Part shown: one piece after another, positions 1-11,620 of the stretch
Numbering within the stretch: position 1 is the stretch's first letter
Layout: every line of letters starts with the position of its first letter
Source: Eukaryota sp. TZLM1-RC
Lineage: Eukaryota > Protista > Metamonada: BaSk clade
Length of the DNA: 64,000 nt
NCBI GenBank assembly: GCA_040285825.1
Contig: JAUPSS010000003.1
Location: forward strand, 186,001 to 250,000
Reading direction: 5' to 3'
Program-made: the position numbers and the translations under genes
The notes under the pieces: generated by a model
Told to the model about the DNA's origin: nothing
The model's input: only the letters and a program-made list of their open reading frames with translations
The model's database searches: none

Positions 1-399
1 CATTTGAGGAGTAGTGGAATTTCGACCCGAGCTAGGTTGGCTAGGAGTGAGGTGGCATCCCTTGTACTCGTTTTACTTTGAGTGGAATGTGAAAAACCCG
101 AACTCTGATGAGGAGGAGTGGAGTGGGTTACACTCGAATTCACTTTTTTTATGTGGAGTACTCATAGCATTTGAAATTATGTAGAGAGGAGGGTTAGAAA
201 CGTCTCCTCTTAAAGATGTCTGGGATATCCCTGACATCGGTTCACCATATACAGCGCTGTTGCTGTTTGCTGTTTGGTGTGCCTGTTGCGCACAATAATT
301 GTTGTTGCCGTTAGCCATTATGCTAGCTGAAATTTAGTGTGTTCAGTAAGGTTAAGATAAAGATAAATTTATTGAATACTATTTTATATATACTAAGGT

Positions 400-810
400 A
401 CTCACTAGTGAGATACCTACAAAAGTCATCTGTTGATTCATTATCTATTTTATATGTTGAAAAGAAGCTACAGCTATTACCGGTATTGTCAACGTTTTGG
501 TCTTTAAAACTATGGCGCATCCAAAAATGCAAAGCTTTGTATATCAAAAAGACCGAATCTGAACACACTCATCAAGAGTTATGGTGCATCTGAAGAAAAA
601 GTTATTAATATAGGAGATAATGGAAGAAAGACAAAGAAATTGAAACATCACTACAATACAACAGGTGTTGGTATAAGCAATTTCTTCAAGAGTTTTGGAT
701 ACACTTTACCACTTTAAAATAAAAACAAACATCATCAAAATGTCCGTGTTGTACAGAAAAAGTCTATATGTTTCTGAAGATACAGAATCCAAGACCATGG
801 AGAATTGATT
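400..810 (+). pseudogene. Fanzor1/TnpB-like nuclease remnant F1 (C-terminal part, frameshifted)
   Basis: Manual translation gives KSYGASEEKVINIGDNGRKTKKLKHHYNTTGVGISNFFKSFGY, then after a frameshift TSSKCPCCTEKVYMFLKIQNPRPWR. This matches the Fanzor1 xGD..G.G..F...GY..TS..C..C..NPRPW pattern. Not in the ORF track. Confidence 0.75.
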
Positions 811-939
811 AAAAAATGCCGAAAGGGTAAAAGACGTCTGCCTTTGAATAGTGAAATCTTTGATATCCATTATCCTTCCTTTCTCTCTTCTGTAATTAGT
901 CAGTGGCTGTTTCTTTTCATCCAGTAGCTCTTTTTTGGC

Positions 940-3204
940 ATGGACCTTCTCAATGATATCAATGCTATTCAGGAGCAAAAGAACAATATTTCTCTTGAAC
1001 TTCAAAATGTTGTGTTAAACCATGCACCGGCTTTTGTTGCTGCTGTTTCAGAAGCAGACCATATTTCTGATTTAGCATCGTCCTTGAAATCTGGAATGTC
1101 TTGTCTATATTCTGCTGTTTCTCAACTAGAATCATCGGTACCCAAATTTAAAGAGTCTTGTTACCCTCCTATTGCACCACACACATCCCCCAGTGATTCT
1201 CCCCTAGCCGCTCATCTCAACAACACTCTTACTATGGGACCTTCACGTTCCTTGACCTCTCGCTTCCCTGAATCACTTTCGCCTCCCGATATCCTGTTTT
1301 TCTCTGAGAAAATTAACGTTTTGATGGTTGAGGAAAGGTTTCCTGAGGCTGTTGATGCCCTCTTATCAACAGAAAAAGAGTTGACAAATCTTTACCACAA
1401 AAGTTCTGATGTTAGAGGTTTCTTTGCTGTTCATTGTGCCCTATCAGCAGCGAAACAGGTGCGGAGTGATTTCATTCCCCTACTAACAGATTCCTTGAAG
1501 CGTTTTTGTGAATCTGAAGTGTCCACCATACTATCTTTACGTATTGAGGACTCTGATCAATCAGCTTTAAGTTCTCCAATGAGACTGTTTTCGACTGCCA
1601 GAATTAAACCATCTGACTCTAATCAACTTCCGATTACCTCACTAACCCCATCAAAACACCAAATAATTAATTTGTTAAGTCGTCTTGGTCATTTATCCAC
1701 AGCAAGGGAGACTTTGTTATCTACTTGTGAACGGTCAGCAAGAATCCTCTTGACCAATTCTCGTCTCTCGTCATCATTTAATTTCCCTAGTTCGATCACG
1801 TCATTGATTCCTGCTGATTTTGACTTGGTTCCTTCCCTTTATTGGACCGTGTTAAAGGTATCAAGGCTTTTTCAATTTTCAACCCACGAATCCCTTTCTC
1901 TAGCTCGCGCTCACAAAGTTGATGATTCACGTGTTGATAAATTGATGGTCTCTAGTTGGCTCTCAATGACTTTGAAAAAATTCCTTCTTGATTTAATTCC
2001 CAGTGATCAAACTTGTATATTGAAGTTACTAGGTTGTTACTTTTCCTTTGTTTTTGCTGCTTTTGAAGTTTCCAATAAGCGGACCTCTACATCAATGAAC
2101 ATCCTACCACTAGTAGTGTCTTTTATCAAGGAGCCTTTAATTTTTAATGGTGTTGGTAACTGGTTGAAGGGCTTAAATTTTTCCTATATTATAGATTTTC
2201 ATGACTTAACGAATGTTTTTGTGACGTTGAATTCTGCCAACATTCATCCCTTTTCTTTAATGAAGCAGAAAGTTTATTTGCTTGACCATTTATTGAACTT
2301 CTTTAGAGTTATTGACATATTGGCTCACATCTTTTTGCAAGTTTCAAAGATAGCTAATTTTACACTATCACGATTGATATACAACACAATCATTGATTTT
2401 TTGAAAAGTTTCCTGGATAATCTGAGTAGTTTGTTTCCCAAATCCACTGGCAGTACTGAACAATTTCAAAATACCTTGACACTGTTTACGTCTTGTATTT
2501 GGGGGGCTTTTACTTTGCCTTCGATGATTGATTATGTCTTTTTTGATTGCGAAGATTCGATCAAATTTGAGCCATCACTTATTGATTGCTTTTGTTCTGA
2601 GGAAGCTGCCCAGACAACATTCGATATCCAACATGTCTTTAACGAACAAAGAGTCAGCAAGCCAAGTAAAATCCACAGTTCTCTTTACCAAAGTACTAAT
2701 AGTTTAATAGAAACTTTAGTTTTAAGGTCAACCTTTGAACACTACAACTTTGGATTAAAGTTGATTGATTTCTGTCAGCCTGTCACCCAGTTTGATTCAT
2801 CTTTAGTCGTTCCTTCTCCATGTGCAAAATCGGTGGTTTGTGATTTTCGGTATGCTCTAGACAGGATTCCTCCTTTCCATTTGATTAGTCTCTTTGTTTT
2901 GAAGAAGGCAATTTATTTGGTTTTTAGAAAGTTTGGCGGCGATTCTTTTTACAACAATCTTGCCAACGCATCAATGGTTGCTGTTTGTCAATTTATCGTC
3001 GATTTGTATTATTTAAAATCTGCTTTTTGGTCTATTCTTCCATCAAATTTTGAAATTTCTTTTCTGAATTCCAAGTATTTACCTTTGGTTGAATCATTTG
3101 AATTTCTTTCTGATCAGCATTGGATTGATTCTAGAATATCTTCTACTTTAGAAACTTTTAATTTTCCTGATTTAAGTGAAATTACTATCATTCAAGATGA
3201 TTAA
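940..3204 (+). CDS. Exocyst subunit Exo84/EXOC8-like helical rod protein
   Basis: 754-aa ORF with a Vps51/Exo84-type N-terminus (LELQNVVLNHAPAFV) and an Exo84 C-domain-like segment (INVLMVEERFPEAV). Confidence 0.6.
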   Translation: MDLLNDINAIQEQKNNISLELQNVVLNHAPAFVAAVSEADHISDLASSLKSGMSCLYSAVSQLESSVPKFKESCYPPIAPHTSPSDSPLAAHLNNTLTMGPSRSLTSRFPESLSPPDILFFSEKINVLMVEERFPEAVDALLSTEKELTNLYHKSSDVRGFFAVHCALSAAKQVRSDFIPLLTDSLKRFCESEVSTILSLRIEDSDQSALSSPMRLFSTARIKPSDSNQLPITSLTPSKHQIINLLSRLGHLSTARETLLSTCERSARILLTNSRLSSSFNFPSSITSLIPADFDLVPSLYWTVLKVSRLFQFSTHESLSLARAHKVDDSRVDKLMVSSWLSMTLKKFLLDLIPSDQTCILKLLGCYFSFVFAAFEVSNKRTSTSMNILPLVVSFIKEPLIFNGVGNWLKGLNFSYIIDFHDLTNVFVTLNSANIHPFSLMKQKVYLLDHLLNFFRVIDILAHIFLQVSKIANFTLSRLIYNTIIDFLKSFLDNLSSLFPKSTGSTEQFQNTLTLFTSCIWGAFTLPSMIDYVFFDCEDSIKFEPSLIDCFCSEEAAQTTFDIQHVFNEQRVSKPSKIHSSLYQSTNSLIETLVLRSTFEHYNFGLKLIDFCQPVTQFDSSLVVPSPCAKSVVCDFRYALDRIPPFHLISLFVLKKAIYLVFRKFGGDSFYNNLANASMVAVCQFIVDLYYLKSAFWSILPSNFEISFLNSKYLPLVESFEFLSDQHWIDSRISSTLETFNFPDLSEITIIQDD

Positions 3205-3446
3205 CTATAGTGGAATCATCATTTTATAATTAGATTTCATATCATTTATTACTGGATATATGTCTTTTTATTTATGCAAATTCATTCATTTTAGTTTTTT
3301 CATTGAACTAATTTAAAAATGTAATTAATTGTAAAAATAGTGGGGATTTGATAATGAACTACATCTAACATGGTAAGATTAGATAAATACCAAAAAAATA
3401 AACTTCAATTTTGATCGTAATATTGAATTTAATCATTAATAAACCA

Positions 3447-3878
3447 TCAATATCTGCCTCTTGTAGCATAACTTCTAGGAGCCATAACAAGACCTTGTCC
3501 CTTTGATGCTCCACGGTACACAGACTCTACAATGTCAATAAATTCTTGGTCATCAGATAGTGGTATTGTCAGTTTATTGTTCTCTCCAGTCCCAATGTCA
3601 ACCATAATGTGACGGTTTCGCCAGAAAAACATCACTGACAGAGGATCAAAGAGTTCATACATTGTATTGAAGTCTGGTACACGAGTAATGTCTACCAGAT
3701 ATATGACAGCCATGTTGATAAGCCTACCAGCAGTACGGTACAATGTTTCGTCCATTTCCATACATCGGGGATCATAATCATGACCAAAACGAATGATTAC
3801 TAAGCGCTCCTTTTCGTAAAGAATTGCTTGATCGACAGACCAACCATCTTCAAGGTGAGGAAGAAGAAATTGGCTCAT
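3447..3878 (-). CDS. DIM1: U5 snRNP thioredoxin-like protein Dim1/TXNL4A
   Basis: Highly conserved sequence MSQFLLPHL..WSVDQAI..RLVIIRFGHD..DFNTMYEL..MFFWRNRHIMVDIGTG. Confidence 0.97.
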   Translation of the reverse strand: MSQFLLPHLEDGWSVDQAILYEKERLVIIRFGHDYDPRCMEMDETLYRTAGRLINMAVIYLVDITRVPDFNTMYELFDPLSVMFFWRNRHIMVDIGTGENNKLTIPLSDDQEFIDIVESVYRGASKGQGLVMAPRSYATRGRY

Positions 3879-3989
3879 TGTTACAGATATTGTCTACTGG
3901 TATAATGGCAATGCAGTGTTGGGAAATGCTATGTCTTTCAATTCCAATTTAGAGTGGGGAAATTCCCCATTTGTACACGATCAATTTAC

Positions 3990-4555
3990 TTACAAAAACT
4001 GTCCACTACACAGATATTGAAACCTTTCATTACCACTCATCCTGGCTTCAGCACTTGCAAACATATTCAGACAAGAGAGCATATTTCTATTGAAAAGATT
4101 TGTTGAGCCGTTGTTACTGAATTTACAAGTCTCACCATTACAAGCTAATAAACCATGACTTTTATCAACGAGAATCTTTTCTCTCTTATAGAATTTGGGA
4201 TTGTTGACACTTAAAACAGTATCATCCTTTTCAAAACAAACATGGCCTTTTGCTGAAGTGAATGAGTTTTGTAGAAGTACAAAGATTACCCTTTGATTTT
4301 TTGAATTTAATAGATACGTTTGCGGAAGAAAAACTGTGAAACTGATCTTCCTCGGTCACAGCGTATTTGAGATGTATCAGTATCAAGGTCTGTTAGCAAA
4401 TAACCTGCAACTGCAGTTCTTCTTTGGTATAAGAAAAATCTGAAAAGGGGCCATTGTTTTGAAACTTTCAGTTTTGTGCTAATTTTTGAAGAATGAGGAA
4501 AATTCTGTTCTTGGCTTATACTCTTTGAAAAACGCTTTGTTTTTTCGTTGTACAT
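3990..4555 (-). pseudogene. Fanzor1/TnpB-like nuclease remnant F2
   Basis: Minus-strand translation FTSAKGHVCFEK..NNPKFYK..SHGLLACNGETCK..LFNRNMLSCLNMFASAEARMSGNERFQYLC matches the Fanzor1 C-terminus (HGLL-C..C..NRD..LN..ERP.YLC). Confidence 0.75.
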
Positions 4556-4729
4556 TATAATATGTGTAAAGATTGGAGTAAAAATAATAGGGGTATTCTA
4601 ATTATGTAGATTATTTTGATAATAAATGAAAGTCACAGTCAACGTCGATAAAGTAAGTTGTTGTGAAGAGTTCAAATTTGAATGAATTCAACAACTCATC
4701 ACATCTTCATCTTAAACTCTACAATATTG

Positions 4730-6045
4730 TTGATTTTTTGAAGTTGGTTGTTTTACATGAACACAATTTTTTGGCCCTGAAGTTCAATGAATTCAGTGCA
4801 AAAGTTTTGTCACAATTACAGGGATGTAAACTGTTCCAAATTCCAGATCATGCTTATCTTAGTCCACATTATGGCGGTTTAAGTTGGGCAAAGGCTTCTA
4901 TTGTTACTTCATGTGCTTTTATTGGTGGATGCAGAAATGTAATATTTGAGTTTTCTGAAAGATTTGCCTATTGGGAAGATTTATTAATGACAACACAAAG
5001 TTCCACTGTTTTTGAATTAAATGATGAAATTTCATAAATTGATGTAGAAAAATGGAGTCAGTGCTTTCCCCAATCATTCAATGGCAATATTCCGGAAAAG
5101 AATTTTTTAAATTTAAAATACACTCTTCGAACATTACAAAAACAATTGACTGGAATGTATGAAAATGATCTTTATAATAATATATGCAGCTCGGCTGTTT
5201 TAAATCAAGATCTTCACTCATTGTTATTGGAAAAGGGTGTCTGTGAAAACCAGTCATCAGTTTCTTCACTGTTTGTAACCATTGTACCACGAAGATTTGG
5301 ACTGTGTGCTAATAATGAAGCAGTTGTAACAAAAATGAGGTTATATTTGAATATTCCCATTAATCAATTGTTATTAAAAGAAAAATGTATTTGTTCGAGT
5401 TCAACTCAGCTCACTTTGCGACATGCTCTGAATTGTTCGAAATTAATAACTTATCGTTCTTCATTACATGATGCTGTTAGAGACACTTTTTTTCATATGG
5501 CACAAACCGCAAGAATTTCGTGTATCAAAGAGCCCCTGCTGAAGGAAACACTTTCTCTGAATAATTTTGGTTCTGATGATAGAGGTGATGTATACTGTGA
5601 TTGGATTGATAACTCTGAAGCTGTTGTTGACTTTGTCTTCTGTTATGTTGCAAATGACACTTTGGTTCACAGAAGAAAACTTAATCCTGTAGGTGCTCTT
5701 GAATTTAAAGCTAAAGAAAAACATAGAAAGTATGATAAAGATATCGAAGAAGCTAATGCTGGTAGAAATACACCACTAGTTTTTATTGCTTTCCCATTTT
5801 CGATAAACGGATGACTATCAGTAGAAGCAGGAATTTTTATGAATGACTTTCAACAAATGGTTCAAGAAAAAACAATGAAAAGATTTGATATTTTTATGGC
5901 GTTCACGGATTCAATTTGCCATTATTAATAAAATACCTCGGTTTTTCAATCGAATTAGAGAAGCTTCAGCTAGACAACAAGCAAAACAAGGTTTTGTAGA
6001 GGAGATCTTGGTTCAATGATTTTCGTCCCTATAGTTATGAATTAA
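4730..6045 (+). mobile_element. 5'-truncated RLE-type (CRE/NeSL-like) non-LTR retrotransposon, family A
   Basis: CxC..H..C zinc motif, HDAVRD, EPLL, RGD..VDFV endonuclease motif and KEKHRKY, with stops. Near-identical copies lie at 13.9, 30.4 and 40.0 kb. Confidence 0.85.
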
Positions 6046-6767
6046 TTTTTATTAAATGTGCATGTTCATAAAATATAGAATTATGAACACAAAAACAAAG
6101 ATTCAATCCAATTTGTACACGCTTTGAGTTGTGAGAAATATCATTTGAACTGATAATTCCTTTAAACGAACAGCAATAGAGTGAACGGATGAAAGTGTTT
6201 TTTTGCAGAAATTACAACTATTTGCTTCTCATCACTGTGCTTTCTGTCATCTGCAGTTTCAATATGATGGAAAGCTATTAAAGTAAAGTTTGTCTTAACA
6301 TCACTATAATGATACAGACAAGGCATGTACACCCTAATAAAAGCACTGATTTTTGATTAAAATTACTTAAAACTGTCCTTTCAGTATTCAAGCTCTAAGA
6401 GAACTCTTCTACTTGAGATGTTCATACCTTTTATGGGGTAAGTTGTGTTTTCATTAGTCTTCAGAAGATGCTTTAAAAACATTTTTTTCCCAATCTACTG
6501 ATTTGTTCAGCCAAAATGAAGCATTAAGTTATTGTTCTTTTCAAAGAAAGTAGACTTTTCAGTGTACATTGAGTTCAAATAAACCTGATGACTTATGAGA
6601 GTGCTGGGGTTGCGAGAAGTGACTCTGTGAATTTGGGTATAAGTGTAACAAGAAGCTAGTGTCTCAAGTATGTTTATCACTGAAAAAAAGAAATAATCGA
6701 AGGCAATTCTTTGTGCCCATAGGTCCTATCCTTAGTCATCCCCTTCCGGTATTCCATCTCTGTGTTA

Positions 6768-7349
6768 ATGAAAAGTTCAATGTCACAAATAGGTAAGCAG
6801 GGCGTAATTATCTCAGGACCATCGAGTGCCGGAAAGGGGACATTCATTGGAAAGCTTATGAAAGACTTCCCCTTCTTTAAACATTGCGTGTCTCACACCA
6901 CCAGGCCGCCACGTAAGAATGAAGTTCACGGAATTGATTATTTCTTTGTGAATGATGAAGAGTTCAACAAGCTCAAGGGTGAAGGTTCTTTTGTCGAAAC
7001 TGCCAAGGTCCACTTTTATCAGTATGGAACTTCCTTCATGGCAATCAATGCATTGGTTGAAGCTGGATTTGTTCCTCTCATGGATATTGACGTCCAAGGT
7101 GTAAAATCTGTCAGAAAAGCTGGACTTGACTTTCTCTTCATCTTTATGTATGCTCCTCTAGATACTTTGCAGGAACGACTCGTGAAACGTGGCACCGAAA
7201 ACGAAGAAACCCTTCACCGTCGTCTCAAGACTGCTCAGATTGAGCTAAAAGTTTTGGAAGACGAACCTCATCTGTTTGATCACATAATGCTCAACGACGG
7301 TGGAATTGAGGAAGGATATTCTAAATTAAAGAGACTCATTAACCTATAG
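6768..7349 (+). CDS. GUK1: Guanylate kinase
   Basis: P-loop SGPSSAGKGT, VSHTTRPPRKNEVHGIDYFFV, YGTS and DIDVQG. The first ATG is at 6768. Confidence 0.95.
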   Translation: MKSSMSQIGKQGVIISGPSSAGKGTFIGKLMKDFPFFKHCVSHTTRPPRKNEVHGIDYFFVNDEEFNKLKGEGSFVETAKVHFYQYGTSFMAINALVEAGFVPLMDIDVQGVKSVRKAGLDFLFIFMYAPLDTLQERLVKRGTENEETLHRRLKTAQIELKVLEDEPHLFDHIMLNDGGIEEGYSKLKRLINL

Positions 7350-7445
7350 TTTGTGTTCAAATATGTTTTGTTTGTGGTTTTAACCGCAAATATAGTATTC
7401 TAGTTTTATTAAAAGACAAGCATTTCTTTACAATTTAGTTTTTTT

Positions 7446-8720
7446 CTACGATCTGTACAATTTTTCATTCCATTGAACAACTTTTCCATCCATTGCCCCT
7501 GAAAACAAGCAAGTATCTTTCCATCCGAATGCAAGACAAGTGATGAACTGTGTATGACCATAATCATCATCAGATCTTGCAGAAGAAGTTTTCTTTCCTG
7601 AATAATCATAAAACCTAATCCGTTTACTCTCATAGGGCACAGCAATTAAAGGAGAAGTAGACGACAATGCAAAGTCACCAATGGTTCCATCACAATTGAT
7701 ATTTTTGACAGCACAAGCAGGTTGTCTAATATCCCAAATACAAAGTTCTTTATCAAGTGAACAAGTAACTAATCTAGTGGCATCAACAGGAGAACCCTTG
7801 GCCGAGGTAATACCTTCTACCCCTGAACCAAAGCAACAGGTTTCAGCCTTGTTCTGTCTAGTATCCCACAACCGCGCCGTCCCATCCATAGAAGCAGAAA
7901 CTAAGAGTGTACTGTTATGTGCAGAAAGGGTGTTCAATTGAAGAATTTCAGCTGTGTGACCAGCTAAAACTCTATCATTAGCACCAGAATGAACGGAAAA
8001 AAGATAAATATTGCTGTCGAAGCTTCCCGTACCAACCACATCAGAAAACATAAATGTAGCTGACGAAACGACATCTGAGTGCTCAAATGTCGTCAATGGG
8101 GACAATGACCTTGAATATGACTCATCACTTGTTGTCTTGTCTAATTCTAATGGCCAAATACAAGCAGTTTTATCTCCAGAGCCAGTAAGTAATAGAGGTG
8201 ACGTTCCATGAAATTTGACAGCATTCACAGCACCTGAGTGCTTCTCAATGACTGCAACAGCTGAAGAAGCAGATGAAGTGTTCCATATGGTGACTGTTGA
8301 GTCCCACGAGCCTAATGCTAGGTAAGGGTTAGAAGCAAACGATGGAGCAGAGACGCAAAGATCCTGAATGCCATCAGAGTGACCATGGTAATGAACAGAA
8401 GGTGTGTAGATAGAACAGTTACTACCTGGTTGACGCACAAAAAGTTTGGAAGAAAATGTTCGCCATCTTGGCTCAGTGTAGGATGATTCAGAGACAGAGA
8501 GTGAAGCAAAATGAGAATGTTGAGCAGGGGAAAGAGGTTCCAAAGATGGACGAGCAGATGGGGAGCTTGAGTCGCTGAGACGAGCCTTCATTTCAGAGTT
8601 TTCGAGTAGCAGCTTTTCATATTCATCTTGAACCTGTTGAAGCAACGAAAACATATTGAAACTGCGAGGATCTGAGGAGCATGTTAAAGAGAGGTCAGGT
8701 TCAGTACTGGCGTGGGGCAT
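7446..8720 (-). CDS. WDR37: WD40-repeat protein, WDR37-like
   Basis: N-terminal coil LLQQVQDEYEKLLLEN followed by WD40 repeats starting GHSDGIQD. Confidence 0.75.
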   Translation of the reverse strand: MPHASTEPDLSLTCSSDPRSFNMFSLLQQVQDEYEKLLLENSEMKARLSDSSSPSARPSLEPLSPAQHSHFASLSVSESSYTEPRWRTFSSKLFVRQPGSNCSIYTPSVHYHGHSDGIQDLCVSAPSFASNPYLALGSWDSTVTIWNTSSASSAVAVIEKHSGAVNAVKFHGTSPLLLTGSGDKTACIWPLELDKTTSDESYSRSLSPLTTFEHSDVVSSATFMFSDVVGTGSFDSNIYLFSVHSGANDRVLAGHTAEILQLNTLSAHNSTLLVSASMDGTARLWDTRQNKAETCCFGSGVEGITSAKGSPVDATRLVTCSLDKELCIWDIRQPACAVKNINCDGTIGDFALSSTSPLIAVPYESKRIRFYDYSGKKTSSARSDDDYGHTQFITCLAFGWKDTCLFSGAMDGKVVQWNEKLYRS

Positions 8721-8751
8721 CTGTCATTGAAGAGTGTATAAGTATGAGATA

Positions 8752-8890
8752 CTGTTTGTGGTTTTCACTGGAAATGTATACTCTGAAATATCAATACCCT
8801 GTAGTTCAACCACATGTCTAAACTTAACCATACGGAGATGATCGGCTTAGATCAAAATACGTTGGATTTGAAGACTCTTATTGAAGTCTT
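8752..8890 (-). ncRNA. Candidate Fanzor omega-RNA scaffold (family A, copy 1)
   Basis: About 135-nt non-coding tail after the nuclease stop, conserved in three copies and containing several hairpins. Similarity ends at AACCACAAACAG. Confidence 0.65.
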
Positions 8891-10493
8891 CTAAAACCTA
8901 GGGGTCTTATTCAGAAAATACTTGCTTACTGCAATCTCCCACTGGTTTCTCGATGTAGAGATATCTCTTGACGAAACCATCCCACATTCTGGACATGCAA
9001 AATAGGCTTTATACTTTTTCCTTTCTCCAGTCTCTATGAAGTAAAGGTCTTCATGGTAAACTTTGCAACAGTTCACCTTGGCTGATGTTCAGTATTCATC
9101 GCCATCCTTCACGGTTGGAAATCGAGCCTGGAGATACTTCAGGAAACGCTTTCTTGGTGTTTTCAATCTTTGACTGGATGGTCCATCACGATTTTCAGCC
9201 ATGTTTTTGATTTTCTGGACAAAATGGCTGCATCTCTTTTGACTATGGATAAAAAAGTCCAAGCGATTTCGGCGAATAGCTTTTCTTTTTCCTTGATGTA
9301 ATGGTGGTCCAATAAACTTTGTCTTTCAGTGTTGTCTCTTTGAGGATTCACATTAAACCACTGTTCCATTTCAGTAGGTTGAGCAACATCCACAAACTTT
9401 GCTACCATTGCAATCAGAAACTAATAATAGCCCTGATGGAATAACAGTTTGGAGTTAGCTGGCTCCACGTAGGAGGGGCGTCATCGAGTGAGGCCTGGGT
9501 GAAAGGACAATGTCTCAATTCAGTGGATTAACAGCTTGTCCAGCTGTCCAACCCACTAGATTACTGTGATTGGGGTCCTCGGTAGGCCTTTGTTGCTTCC
9601 TGGGAGGCATCTCTGGCCTTTTAGAATCACATTCTGCTCATGGTCTTGGATCGCTTAACTATGAGTGCCGTTTAAGTCTTCCACTTCACCTGCACCTCGA
9701 GCTTGCTTCGTTTCATTTTTGCTGTGCCTTTTGCGAGTATCGGTTAATACTGTCAGGAGAAACATCCTCCAGGAATGACAGAATGGTTAATCCAGAGCGG
9801 AGGATAAGAGCAGTAACCTCATTTCATAGTTGCATAATAGATTCTGTGAGGATACGCTCAAAGGTGCGCTGGATTTTATTGTCGGGGACATCACCGCTGT
9901 TGTTCAGCAGAGCTTCCCATTTGGCGCTGATAAGCTTCTGCCACTGGTTGGCAAAGGTGGCAACTCTAGGTGAGAATGTTGCCGGCGCAAAGTAAAGAGG
10001 CATAGGCTTTGGGTGCTAACCACCCGAAGCAACGGGAGCACGTTGTGAAGAAGTTTTGCTTCCAGCACACCAGTCCATCTGTCAAAAAACGGCGGTGTTC
10101 TTCCGTCAAGCGACGGGCTGTCGCAGAAAGAAAAGAGAAATAGCACCACGGTAGAACCCATCGGCCTTCAGTACGGCGACTTGATGAACACAGTGGGGAA
10201 AAAGGCCAGTTCGGGCGCATCGACAGAACGAAAAGGGTGTCGTAAAGAACAGCCTCCCTAACGAAGGCTTCTCGGTTGTGGGGAACCGAGCACAACAAAT
10301 GGTCAAAGCACAGTTTCTAGAACTGCTTCCATGTGAGCCAACTGCTCAGGGCCAGGCGCTGAAATCCCAAAAGTCGAGCCAGCCTACTAGCAAGTACCGC
10401 AGTACGTTGGTTATTCGTAAGCTGATCATACCATTCCGCCTAGACTACAGGAAAGAACAAAGTTTTGACTGCTGCTGCCAATGTGATGGTCAT
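8878..10493 (-). pseudogene. Near full-length divergent Fanzor/TnpB family A, element F3
   Basis: RuvC-I DPNHSNL (~9570), GDEY/TSAKVNCCK RuvC-II region, and CPECGMVSSRDISTSRN Zn-finger/RuvC-III. Many stops and frameshifts. The N-terminus is homologous to F4. Confidence 0.8.
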
Positions 10494-11204
10494 TAGGGCA
10501 GTGGGTGTGACAGTCGAAAAAAAGATTAGTTTCTGTTGTGATAGTCAACAATAGAATTTTGTTTATTTACAATTTGTTACATCCATAAAAACGAGAAGCG
10601 TGTACAGAAAGATAAATCGACACTTTGTTAAATGATTCTGGAACTACTGTAACTATTTTCAATCCCAAAGAGTCAAATAAGATAAAGTTGTTTTTGAAAA
10701 CAGCATTAATTTATTTAACCAAGGGAATTTGTAGGTTCGATGAGTTCGAATAAAGTTTCAACAATTTTGAATGTTATTTTGACTAATCCTTCTCATCAGC
10801 ATGTAACTGATATTTTACCAAGCGTTACGGTCCCAACAACCACATAGGTCTTACCTGAATGTGCCATTTCCACCAATATCATAGATTTATGCACTTCTAA
10901 TCATTTCTGGGCCGTTGTTGATGGTACAATAATTGTTACTTGGTTACGGATACATCGTAATATACCAACTCCTATCGTCACTTGTAGTTCATTAGTTGTC
11001 AATATACACCTTACACCTCTGGTATCGTTTGTTCACTCTCTACGAATCAAATTATTCCAATGTCAACGGACTATGTTCCTGAGCTAATCACTGAACGTCA
11101 TTTTGAGCTTGTCAGCTGAATTTACTAATCAATAAATCAATCAGTAAGTCAAAGTCAAATTATCAGCTTTATTTTCTCTAAAGTCAAGAATTTTTTTAAC
11201 TGAA

Positions 11205-11335
11205 ATATTTATTGAGATAAGAAAAATCTATCTAGAATTCAATATCTTCTAAACAAGCTTCACTATTACTAAACCTACTCACAGCATTACGTTCATATTC
11301 TACACCAATAGCTAAAAGTGCCTTTGAAAGTCAAG
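11205..11335 (-). mobile_element. Non-LTR family B 3'-end fragment
   Basis: Near-identical to 26290-26412. Confidence 0.75.
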
Positions 11336-11399
11336 AATTGGTGAGTTGATTAAGACCTTGTGTGTATATGTCAAGACGATTGCGAATTTTTTGGATTTA

Positions 11400-11620
11400 A
11401 ATTTCAACATTACCATAAATTTTTTTTTCCTTATTTATTTTTATTCAACAACAAATATGAAATACACAATTAAAACTCCACATCCTCAAAACCTGCCTCC
11501 CCTACATCAAAACAATTAATCGCTAAAGATTCAGAAAATTTCCCAAAAGAAGATAGTGAATCAGAAATTAGTGTTACCATTCCCTCAAAAATAGAAAATA
11601 CAATCCTGTTTTGCCAGTAA
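11400..11620 (-). mobile_element. Non-LTR family C 3'-end fragment
   Basis: The reverse complement matches 56335-56430 (GATTGTATTTT..GGGAATGGT..TTTCTGATTCACT). Confidence 0.7.

Noticed and set aside
73-318. 81-aa minus-strand ORF as a gene
   Set aside because: No recognisable motif and it lies at the window edge, so it cannot be supported.
6060-6760. Fanzor remnant upstream of guanylate kinase (also checked before 12519, 15084, 31730, 46851, 49235)
   Set aside because: No RuvC/Zn motifs or junction motif were found, so not every gene has an upstream Fanzor.
9570-9995. Short antisense/overlapping ORFs (here and within USP, WD40 and pol regions)
   Set aside because: They are shadows of real or decayed genes in another frame or on the other strand.
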